From positions 213,758-253,757 of the forward strand of contig NZ_JAPYKO010000004.1 of the NCBI RefSeq assembly GCF_037179585.1: a stretch of DNA of 40,000 bases, read 5' to 3'. The stretch is from Mesorhizobium argentiipisi (GTDB lineage Bacteria > Pseudomonadota > Alphaproteobacteria > Rhizobiales > Rhizobiaceae). Below, piece after piece: positions 17,478 through 24,404 of this stretch (positions are counted from its first letter, which is position 1; each line of letters starts with the position of its first letter). The position numbers and the translations under genes were made by a program. Under the pieces are notes generated by a model. The model saw only the letters and a program-made list of their open reading frames with translations. It did no database searches and was not told the DNA's origin.

Positions 17478-17494
17478 TCGGTCCGTCTCTGTTG

Positions 17495-18202
17495 TTATTC
17501 ATCATCCCGACAGTAAGTATACCTTATGCCGTTAATAACTCTCTGAGGCTCGCATTGAGAAGCTTGGCCGTCCCACCCATGAGTAAGCCAACACGTCACA
17601 TAGCCCTCACCATGGACAATGTGTGTACATCGCGTTAGGTCGAACTGCACCTCGGCGTTTCCATTTTTAAGCTGCTTACGCACCTCCGCAGTATGCCTCC
17701 GAACACTCTCTTCCAGACGCCTTCTAGCTTCCTCTGCTGTCGCTTCCTGCGCTTCGTCGGCTTGTAATTTTTCCTGCACCGCTGCTTCATAGCCTGAGCT
17801 GAGTGCATCACCGTTCCGTTTGTTGGTTTCTTCCGCGCCTTCAGCTCTCTTGGTTGCGTCCTTCAGCCGGTCCGAGAATTTGCTCTTCGTCGTCGTCTCC
17901 GGTCCGGAAGCTTTACTGCACTCATCCATGCGGTGGTTGTAGGCTCGAATCAGATCATTGCGGCGCCCAAATTCCTTGATGCAGTTGTCATGGTACGGCA
18001 TATCGCCCATACGCGTATGGTAATCCGGGCAAATCTCTATGACCTTTTTATAAACCGGAAGGTGGCCTGTGTTGCTGGGACAGGTTTTGCCGCGAACCGT
18101 TGCCTCGACCTGAGACATGCTGATGTCTTGCGACCGGGCAGGAATTTCCATCAGCGCGAGAAGAGCCAATACTGCGATCAATCGATCACATAGGAGGAAC
18201 AT
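17495..18202 (-). CDS. secreted Cys-rich protein with a central charged coiled coil (low-GC island)
   Basis: 235 aa with RBS GAGGATGGG and a signal-like N-terminus. Cys-containing N- and C-terminal domains flank an E/A/K/R-rich helix. Confidence 0.5.
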   Translation of the reverse strand: MFLLCDRLIAVLALLALMEIPARSQDISMSQVEATVRGKTCPSNTGHLPVYKKVIEICPDYHTRMGDMPYHDNCIKEFGRRNDLIRAYNHRMDECSKASGPETTTKSKFSDRLKDATKRAEGAEETNKRNGDALSSGYEAAVQEKLQADEAQEATAEEARRRLEESVRRHTAEVRKQLKNGNAEVQFDLTRCTHIVHGEGYVTCWLTHGWDGQASQCEPQRVINGIRYTYCRDDE

Positions 18203-18891
18203 TGCCCATCCTCTGGACGCGGCGCCCCTAGCGGCCCACAGTTCCGCGCGTTTGGTTCGTTGGGTTGAACCGCCGTAAATAACCGGCAGCTAAATTAGCG
18301 TCGTACATTAATATAGATTTCTATGCCTTTCCAGCGCTTTCGCTGAACTCGCCGCTGTGGCCCGCAAGCCTCGATGCATTACGAGGACATATAGGCCCCG
18401 AGTTCCACCCTACACCGGGGCATATTGAAGCGCTGCAAAGGGTCGCAGCTAGCAGATAGTACAACGCGGCCTATCGGCGGTTTCTTTTCTCTACTTCGGT
18501 GTCGTTGACGGAAGAAACGAGGCCGCTCACAAGTTAGTTTGTATTAGCGTGATGTAATAAGCATATTAGTTGCATCACGAATTGTTAAAAACTTTTGCTC
18601 GGCTTGTCATCTTAGTTGCACGGTAAATAATCCGTGATAGAAGCCTGATCGGGCTTAGCAACCCTGACGAGACTGAGGGCGCGACAACGCCCGAGAGTGC
18701 GCACGCTTAGCGGCGCCGCACAACCCTGGCTCTTCGGCCGGGGGCGGCGCGCGTATGTCCAAGCCTCCGGGCTAAAGGCGCGTCGGCTTGTCGTCTCGAT
18801 AAGTTGCTAACCCCCGGCTCGCCGCCCGAAGAACGCGGCCCTGCATGCCAGTGTCGTACAAAATGTACTATTGATTTCGTGCGGATTGTAC

Positions 18892-18906
18892 GTTCTAATT
18901 TCGTTC
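18892..18906 (+). promoter_or_regulatory. alphaproteobacterial LexA (SOS) box candidate GTTC-N7-GTTC
   Basis: GTTCTAATTTCGTTC, located 27 nt upstream of ATG 18933 in an AT-rich intergenic region. About one match per window is expected by chance. Confidence 0.4.
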
Positions 18907-18932
18907 TCACATTTGTTCGGAATCAATTCAGC

Positions 18933-19316
18933 ATGAAACGCCGCCTCAAACTCGCACTATCCGCCTTCACCAAACGGCCGCTCGCCGCGTGCTCGGCGCC
19001 GCATATCGAGGTGAGGCCTCGGGCCTCTACTCCCCGTCCTCTCTACATCGCCACTGGGCGAAGTTATCGCGCCAGGAACGGCGCCAGGATCGGCCCGCTT
19101 CGCCCCTTCCGCGACGAGGAGGACGGCCACCACAAAGATGAGGTCGGTCGGTCCGCATGGTTCTACGCCGATGGTATCGGCGCATATGATCGCTTCGGTC
19201 ACTTCCTATCCGGCCAAGCCGGGGAAAGCCCCCTGGATTGCGTGGCAGAGTGGAAACCAGCCCAAATCATCGGCTTCGATCAATTCTCTATCGTAGCGCC
19301 TTTCCTATCCCACTAA
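18933..19316 (+). CDS. hypothetical protein, paralogue of the 33839..34321 N-terminal domain
   Basis: Shares about 70 aa with the other copy. This copy reads GPLRPFRDEEDG...GRSAWFYADGIGAYDRFGHFLSG...VAEW. The other reads GPLRPYREGEDG...GRLAWFVAEGIGAFDKFGQWLSG...VAEW. Confidence 0.55.
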   Translation: MKRRLKLALSAFTKRPLAACSAPHIEVRPRASTPRPLYIATGRSYRARNGARIGPLRPFRDEEDGHHKDEVGRSAWFYADGIGAYDRFGHFLSGQAGESPLDCVAEWKPAQIIGFDQFSIVAPFLSH

Positions 19317-19334
19317 AGCAGCCGGGGAAAAATC

Positions 19335-19670
19335 ATGATCCAGCTACCGCAATCCGCCCCGTTGCCGTGGGCGATCAAAGAAAGCGCGGGCGTCGCCGAA
19401 TTGGTTGACGCCAACGGCGAACCCGTCATCACTTCGGACGACGAGGGGCTTGTCGCCCCTTCTGAGGTGTGGGCTTTCATTCTGGCCGCCGTCAACGCGT
19501 ACGCCTATGACCGCCGCCGCAACAGCGCCGGTGTGCTGATGCCGAAGCGGCCGGAATTGGCGATGGACACCGCCTTTATCGGCTACCTCAACGAATGCGA
19601 AGAGAAAGACATGATGCCAACAATCGCGGCACTCTGGCCCCGTTTGATCGACGCGGCCTTGAGACGATAG
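19335..19670 (+). CDS. hypothetical protein (111 aa)
   Basis: RBS GGGGAAA, 18 nt after the previous stop. Confidence 0.5.
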   Translation: MIQLPQSAPLPWAIKESAGVAELVDANGEPVITSDDEGLVAPSEVWAFILAAVNAYAYDRRRNSAGVLMPKRPELAMDTAFIGYLNECEEKDMMPTIAALWPRLIDAALRR

Positions 19671-19815
19671 AGCCGCGTCTACCTTTTGTCGTGGTGCCCG
19701 GTAAGAAGACGGCAAGTTGCGGGAAATGAGGCAGATTGAAAGTTACCAATAAAGGGTGTAGATTAGCAGTTGCTCACGATTGAACCGTTGCTACCCATCA
19801 CACCCGGAGGGGATC

Positions 19816-20130
19816 ATGTGGAGAGCAATCTTAGTTTTGTGCCTGATAGTGCCGCTGCCTAGCGGAAAAGCGAATTCAGCCAACTATGTAGTCTGCGTTG
19901 GGCAATACCATGACACGGGTGCGTGCATTTCCGCGAGAGGCAACCTTGCCTGTATAGGTGCAAATACTTGTATCGACTTTCCTTTCGATAAACAGCTAAG
20001 TTGTGGAATTTCATTGACCGATATTTGTAGAACCATGTGCCACGGTAATTCGGTCTGCACAATAAGCCCAGCCCATACCGGTGAGGGCGGCCATCAGTGC
20101 GGCTATGCATGGTTACATGTTCAATGCTGA
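19816..20130 (+). CDS. small secreted Cys-rich protein (104 aa, about 10 Cys in the mature part)
   Basis: ATG 19816 follows GGAGGGG. Signal peptide MWRAILVLCLIVPLPSGKA. Low GC. Confidence 0.5.
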   Translation: MWRAILVLCLIVPLPSGKANSANYVVCVGQYHDTGACISARGNLACIGANTCIDFPFDKQLSCGISLTDICRTMCHGNSVCTISPAHTGEGGHQCGYAWLHVQC

Positions 20131-20145
20131 GACCACAGCGCCCGT

Positions 20146-20397
20146 CTAGCCGGCGCGGTGGCCGTAGGCCCGGACGATGCAATTAGCCTTGCCCTGGCAC
20201 AGATAACAAGGCCGCTCGCATTTGCTATCACAGATCATAAGCGCGACCTCGGCGGCGGTTGGCTTCGCCGAGGCGGTCATTAGCTTGAGCCCCACAAAAT
20301 AGGCGGTGTCCGGTGCCAGCACGACGCGTCGGCACGCGTTTCCCCGAGCGATCAACAGCGCGGCTAAATCAGCCTCATTCGTCCACCGCCGTGACAT
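20146..20397 (-). CDS. hypothetical protein with a C-terminal Cys cluster
   Basis: 83 aa containing CDSKCERPCYLCQGKANC. Convergent with the preceding gene. Confidence 0.4.
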   Translation of the reverse strand: MSRRWTNEADLAALLIARGNACRRVVLAPDTAYFVGLKLMTASAKPTAAEVALMICDSKCERPCYLCQGKANCIVRAYGHRAG

Positions 20398-20481
20398 CGT
20401 TCCCGCCTCTGGAATTTATTCCTATGATGGGAACGCCCCGCAAACGGATCAAGCCCGAGCGATCAAAAAAGTTCGCGCAAC

Positions 20482-20522
20482 TGTAATCTATCAGTTGACA
20501 GTGTAATCAGATTGATTACAGT
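20482..20522 (+). promoter_or_regulatory. higBA promoter/operator candidate: TTGACA-N16-TACAGT with inverted repeat TGTAATC-N5-GATTACA plus a third half-site
   Basis: TTGACA at 20495..20500 and TACAGT at 20517..20522. The inverted repeat is at 20502..20508 and 20514..20520, with an extra TGTAATC at 20482..20488. ATG 20530 follows about 8 nt after the -10 with no RBS. Confidence 0.55.
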
Positions 20523-20529
20523 CAATTTC

Positions 20530-20805
20530 ATGATTATGACATTCAGAAACAAAGCCCTCGCCAACCTCTGGCTGACAAGCCGGTCAACCATTGATGCGCG
20601 GATGCACCGCCGCATTTTGGTCCGGCTAAACGCCATTGATGCAGCGGCTACGGTTGCCGACATCAATCTTCCGGGCTTCGATTTCCACGCGCTGCACGGC
20701 TTCAACCCGACCCGCTACAGCGTCCATGTGAATGGCCCGTGGTGCCTCACATTCGAGTTCGAAGGCGGCAACGCCTACCGCGTTGACTTCGAGCAATACC
20801 ACTAG
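20530..20805 (+). CDS. higB: HigB-like toxin (RelE/ParE superfamily, plasmid maintenance killer type)
   Basis: MIMTFRNKALANLW...INLPGFDFHALHGFNPTRYSVHVNGPWCLTFEFEGGNAYRVDFEQYH matches the HigB pattern ending in ..v.y.DYH. It is followed by a HigA-type antitoxin. Confidence 0.8.
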   Translation: MIMTFRNKALANLWLTSRSTIDARMHRRILVRLNAIDAAATVADINLPGFDFHALHGFNPTRYSVHVNGPWCLTFEFEGGNAYRVDFEQYH

Positions 20806-20817
20806 GAGAATAAGATC

Positions 20818-21153
20818 ATGGCTGATGACAAGACTAGGCGGAACACCGTAGACATCCCGGCTAAGGCGGACCCGAACCGCTGCCCCTCGCACCCCGGCGA
20901 GCTTATCGCGGATCTGTTGGAAGACGCCGGCAAGAGCAAGATGGCGGTGGCCGAAATGCTCGGGATTTCCCGCCAGCAGTTCCATTCGGTACTAGCGGGC
21001 CGGAAGCCCGTAACGCCGGACATGGCGGCGCGCCTCGGGAAGCTCTTCGGGAACGGCCCCGGCCTCTGGCTACGCATGCAGGCGAACTTTGATGCCTGGC
21101 ACGCCGCCCGCGAGGTGGATGTAAGCGCCATCCCTACGATCAAGGCGGCCTAG
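20818..21153 (+). CDS. higA: HigA-type antitoxin (XRE-family HTH)
   Basis: RBS AGGAGA. HPGELIADLLEDAGKSKMAVAEMLGISRQQFHSVLAGRKPVTPDMAARLGKLFGNGPGLWLRMQANFD is the canonical HigA HTH pattern. Confidence 0.85.
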   Translation: MADDKTRRNTVDIPAKADPNRCPSHPGELIADLLEDAGKSKMAVAEMLGISRQQFHSVLAGRKPVTPDMAARLGKLFGNGPGLWLRMQANFDAWHAAREVDVSAIPTIKAA

Positions 21154-21187
21154 CCCTACCGGCCGCCTTCGAGATATAATTGTTTAA

Positions 21188-22399
21188 ATGATTCCATTCG
21201 GCAGACCTACGGGCCTGTTCGCGAGTCCGATGGCTGACTACCCGCAACTAGGGTTTAGTATGAAGGCAGTCCGCAAGGCGGGAGACCGCTTGGCGCAAGA
21301 CATCGTCTTTAATCAAGACATGACCAGCACTGACTTTGCTTCCGTTATAGAAACCTTCGCGGTGGCAAATAGCTTTCGGGATTCGCACGTGATGCCAATG
21401 CGCTCGGTGTTCTACTCCGTGCGCCATAAGCTCCGCCAATACGGTATTCGCGGCGACATGGCCGCAAGGCCGAAAAGGATGCCGTCTATTAGAAGGAAAC
21501 TCAGCAGCAGTACTATCAAGTTCGATCAAATGAATGATCTCGGCGGGTGCCGCGCGATCATGCACGACATTCGTGGGGTTCGCACCTTGATAGCGGCCAT
21601 CGAGGATTCCTTCCCGCATCCAATCAGGCAGCGATACCCATACATTGAGAGGCCGAAGGCGGACGGTTATCGCAGCCATCATATCGTCTTCAATTTCAAC
21701 CCGAGCGGCGCGGAACAGGTTGCGTTTGCAGGCAGACGGATCGAGCTACAAATCCGCACTCGCCTACAGCATTCATGGGCAACCGCTGTCGAGGCCGCCA
21801 GTCTATATCGCGGCGAAGATTACAAGCACGGCCAAGGCGACCAAGATTGGCTGCGCTTGTTTGAATTGGCGGGCGCGGAATTTTCGCATGTCGAGGAATG
21901 CCCAATTGTTGAGGGCATGCCCAACCACGACGAGCGCGTAAAAGAGCTTAAAGACCTAAACCGGAAACTTCGCGCGACTAGCGTTCTTGAGAACATCAAG
22001 AATGCCACCCATTTCGCCGAAACAAATCGGCATGATGCTGGGAAATATTTCCTGATTAGATATCGGAAAGACCACACCGTCGCCGTTGAGGGCTACGATA
22101 GCATTATAGTCGCGACGCAAGAGCTTGGTGACGCCGAATTCAGGATCGCGTCCGGTCAGGACGACGATAGGGTCGTGCTGGTTGAGGTCGGGAAGATCAG
22201 CAAGCTTGTGCAGATGTACCCGAATTACTTTGGCGACGTGTCCCTGTTTGTCAGCAATCTCGGGGAAATTTGCGAAGGCAGAAAGCCGGTAGAGTACAGC
22301 ATGGCGAAGCCACAAGTCGTGGCCTCTAAGCCACGCGAAGTCGGCAGTACCACGGCGCTCTACCGGCGATATACGAAATGGTTCGAGAAGAAGCGCTAA
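21188..22399 (+). CDS. RelA/SpoT-domain protein (toxSAS / CapRel-like) with an unassigned ~190-aa C-terminal half
   Basis: Nucleotidyltransferase signature: DLGGCRAI, GYRSHHIVF, ELQIRTRLQHSWATAVE. A perfect TATAAT (21175..21180) ends 7 nt before ATG 21188. ATG 21230 is an alternative start. Confidence 0.75.
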   Translation: MIPFGRPTGLFASPMADYPQLGFSMKAVRKAGDRLAQDIVFNQDMTSTDFASVIETFAVANSFRDSHVMPMRSVFYSVRHKLRQYGIRGDMAARPKRMPSIRRKLSSSTIKFDQMNDLGGCRAIMHDIRGVRTLIAAIEDSFPHPIRQRYPYIERPKADGYRSHHIVFNFNPSGAEQVAFAGRRIELQIRTRLQHSWATAVEAASLYRGEDYKHGQGDQDWLRLFELAGAEFSHVEECPIVEGMPNHDERVKELKDLNRKLRATSVLENIKNATHFAETNRHDAGKYFLIRYRKDHTVAVEGYDSIIVATQELGDAEFRIASGQDDDRVVLVEVGKISKLVQMYPNYFGDVSLFVSNLGEICEGRKPVEYSMAKPQVVASKPREVGSTTALYRRYTKWFEKKR

Positions 22400-22436
22400 A
22401 ACTGACCCGCTAGGGCAGAAGCGCGATAGCGCCAGA

Positions 22437-22730
22437 TCAGCGCCACTCGGCGACGTCGACGCCGCCATCGGGCCGGAAGGTCAAACGATACTGGAAATCG
22501 CCGAACACGTTGTCGGTGCCGTCATCCGGCCCGCACCAAACCTTGACCACGTTGCCGCGAGCGGTGGCCGGCTTAGCCGAGGCCATCTTGACCAGAGGGC
22601 AATTGAAGCCCTTCCCCTTGATCAAAGCGGTCGTGTCTTTGACCATCACCGGGGTTAGCTCGATTTGAACCGCGAGCGCGGGCGTAGCTATAAACGAGCC
22701 GAGCGCGGCGACAGCGAGGATCTTTTTCAT
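22437..22730 (-). CDS. small secreted/periplasmic protein
   Basis: 97 aa with signal peptide MKKILAVAALGSFIATPALA. The start overlaps the upstream stop (ATGA). Confidence 0.5.
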   Translation of the reverse strand: MKKILAVAALGSFIATPALAVQIELTPVMVKDTTALIKGKGFNCPLVKMASAKPATARGNVVKVWCGPDDGTDNVFGDFQYRLTFRPDGGVDVAEWR

Positions 22731-23638
22731 ACCGCGAGGTCTAGCGTCGTTTCGGCCAGGTCCGCAAGCCCGGCGCGCTCTAGCGCCGGTTCTAGCAGCC
22801 GCAAGACCGCTTCGCGCTTTTTCGCCTTTAAAGACAAGTCTCCGTCCAGGCCGACCTCATGGAGCCAAGTTCCCCGCCATTCGCAATATGCCTGCCTGAG
22901 TTCGGCTCCCGGCAAAGCTGCGAATGAAGTGATCGGCCGTTGCGGCACGGTGTTAGGATCCGTGTGGCGATAGAGCACGTTCCAATTTGCACCGCCGGTA
23001 TCTAGGTGGTTGGCGAACCAGTCCAGTCCGAAATCCAGAGGCTCGCGGCCGACCGCATCAAATCGAAAGAAGCAATAGCCAGCCCAGAGAAACCACCGCG
23101 CGCCTGCCCAACGCAGATCGCCGTGAAAGGCCGCGTCTTTAAGGGGTTCGAAGGGGTCGCATGGCTGTGTCGGGAAAAGATCCTGGTCAAGGAATCCGAA
23201 TGCGGCCGGCGCGGCCGGCTTCAGAATGTTATGCCACATCCAATTCATTGCAGCGCCATGGGAGCGGCTGGCATTTCTTGCTGTCCATGGATTGACAGGC
23301 AGCCTGACATAGACGGCGCCATGTCTCGCGCACACTTGCTCGTTCTCATTGGCGGCCGCTTCGCCGACGCTGTTGTCCGCAATGATGTGCAGATCGTGGC
23401 GAACCAATCCCCGCGTCAATCGCAACTGCAAATCTAGGCATTGAGCATCGCTGAATGCTATGGTCAGCAATACACGGCGGTCCCGAGCGGCGGCGCGGAT
23501 AGCCTGGATGTCGCCTTTCCTTGCTCGTTGCCACAGAAATCGCGCGTCAGTAGCTCTATAGCGAATAGATTTATATGCATGGGTGATGGGCCGAAGGCGG
23601 CTCCAATCCTGCAATTTGTACTCTCGTAATCTGATCAT
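22727..23638 (-). CDS. GT-A fold (family 2-like) glycosyltransferase candidate
   Basis: ATG 23638 follows AAGGG. Motifs: IIADNS, SRSHGAAMNW, FGFLDQDLFP (DxD). No TM segments. Confidence 0.45.
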   Translation of the reverse strand: MIRLREYKLQDWSRLRPITHAYKSIRYRATDARFLWQRARKGDIQAIRAAARDRRVLLTIAFSDAQCLDLQLRLTRGLVRHDLHIIADNSVGEAAANENEQVCARHGAVYVRLPVNPWTARNASRSHGAAMNWMWHNILKPAAPAAFGFLDQDLFPTQPCDPFEPLKDAAFHGDLRWAGARWFLWAGYCFFRFDAVGREPLDFGLDWFANHLDTGGANWNVLYRHTDPNTVPQRPITSFAALPGAELRQAYCEWRGTWLHEVGLDGDLSLKAKKREAVLRLLEPALERAGLADLAETTLDLAV

Positions 23639-23813
23639 GGCGGCAGCCCTTACCCTCCAATGGCAGCGCCCGCAACAATTCCGTAGGGCGGCACGTCCAT
23701 TGTGACAACCGAGCCCGCCCAACATGCACGGGTGAGCCTGGCGCGGTCCACCGCGCCGCTATCCTGAATAGCCAGGTAGGCGAACGGCGTGCCTTCGGCC
23801 CATTCGGGCGAAT

Positions 23814-23890
23814 TGGTTGCGGGGGGCGGATTTGAACCGCCGGCCTGTCGGGCATGAACCGACCGCGCTACCGGGCTGCGCTACCCCGCG
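23814..23890 (-). tRNA. tRNA-Met (anticodon CAT), initiator-like, with an atypical anticodon loop
   Basis: Hand-folded 77-nt cloverleaf CGCGGGGTAGCGCAGCCCGGTAGCGCGGTCGGTTCATGCCCGACAGGCCGGCGGTTCAAATCCGCCCCCCGCAACCA. It has a C1xA72 mismatch, a GGTTCAAATCC T-arm and an encoded CCA. The loop is UUCAUGC (G37). Confidence 0.8.
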
Positions 23891-23898
23891 AGAAGGGC

Positions 23899-23928
23899 AC
23901 TAAGCCCGAGTCGTTTGCGTTTCTTCAA
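23899..23928 (-). promoter_or_regulatory. candidate tRNA-Met promoter TTGAAG-N18-CTTAGT with GANTC in the spacer
   Basis: The minus strand reads GTTGAAGAAACGCAAACGACTCGGGCTTAGT and ends 8 nt before the tRNA 5-prime end. It is homologous to the 24372..24401 element. Confidence 0.45.
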
Positions 23929-23939
23929 CGGCCGCAACG

Positions 23940-23966
23940 AAAAAACCCGGGATCGCTGCCGGGTTT
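23940..23966 (-). terminator. Rho-independent terminator after the 101-aa secreted-protein gene
   Basis: The minus strand reads AACCCGG-CAGCGATC-CCGGGTT followed by T6. Confidence 0.65.
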
Positions 23967-23990
23967 CGAGACATAGTGTAATCGGCGCGA

Positions 23991-24296
23991 TCAGGTCGCC
24001 CACGGAACCGCGAAAGTTCGATGCCAGTCGGCAGCGCGGGGTTTGAAGCGGTAGTCGGCAAAGGTAGCGGCGACGGTACGCTTGGCGCCGAGCGTCGCGG
24101 GTTTTCGCACCATGTCTTCCGAAGCCCGCATGATCGCGAAGCCGCCGGGAACCGCGAGAATGGGCGGGGCCGGTAGTTCATGCTTCATGCTGGCGACCGA
24201 GACGGTGGCGAACTCGGCGGCCGGTGCAGCACAAGCCGGGAAGGCGAGGCAGCAAACCGCGAAGATAGCAGACACGAGAAAGCTTCTCTTGAGCAT
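23991..24296 (-). CDS. small secreted hypothetical protein
   Basis: 101 aa with RBS AGGGAA and signal peptide MLKRSFLVSAIFAVCCLAFPACA. Confidence 0.5.
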   Translation of the reverse strand: MLKRSFLVSAIFAVCCLAFPACAAPAAEFATVSVASMKHELPAPPILAVPGGFAIMRASEDMVRKPATLGAKRTVAATFADYRFKPRAADWHRTFAVPWAT

Positions 24297-24320
24297 CTTG
24301 GTTCCCTGGTTTCATCAGTC

Positions 24321-24362
24321 AAAAAAAGCGGCCCGCCCTGGGAGGTCTATAGAGCGGGCCGC
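24321..24362 (-). terminator. strong Rho-independent terminator downstream of the primase gene
   Basis: Perfect 9-bp GC stem GCGGCCCGC / GCGGGCCGC (24354..24362 and 24328..24336) with a 17-nt loop. T7 follows on the minus strand (24321..24327). Confidence 0.75.
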
Positions 24363-24371
24363 AACATCACG

Positions 24372-24401
24372 ATAATCAACGAGTCGTTTGCAATTTGTCA
24401 A
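24372..24401 (-). promoter_or_regulatory. promoter-like element TTGACA-N18-GATTAT between the primase stop and the terminator
   Basis: The minus strand reads GTTGACAAATTGCAAACGACTCGTTGATTAT. It contains motif copy 24386..24402 and GAGTC at 24381..24385. Confidence 0.45.
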
Positions 24402-24404
24402 CGA

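Noticed and set aside
18664-18700. CTGACGAG resembling the hammerhead ribozyme CUGANGA core
   Set aside because: No downstream GAAA core or cleavage-site helix could be paired. Only a local GGGCG/CGCCC hairpin is present.
23814-23850. tRNA-Met 3-prime half as an att site with a partial duplicate elsewhere
   Set aside because: I looked for a second copy of ggatttgaacc / tggttgcgggg at the candidate junctions (about 9.4, 12.4, 13.5 and 18.7 kb) and saw none. This is not exhaustive by eye.
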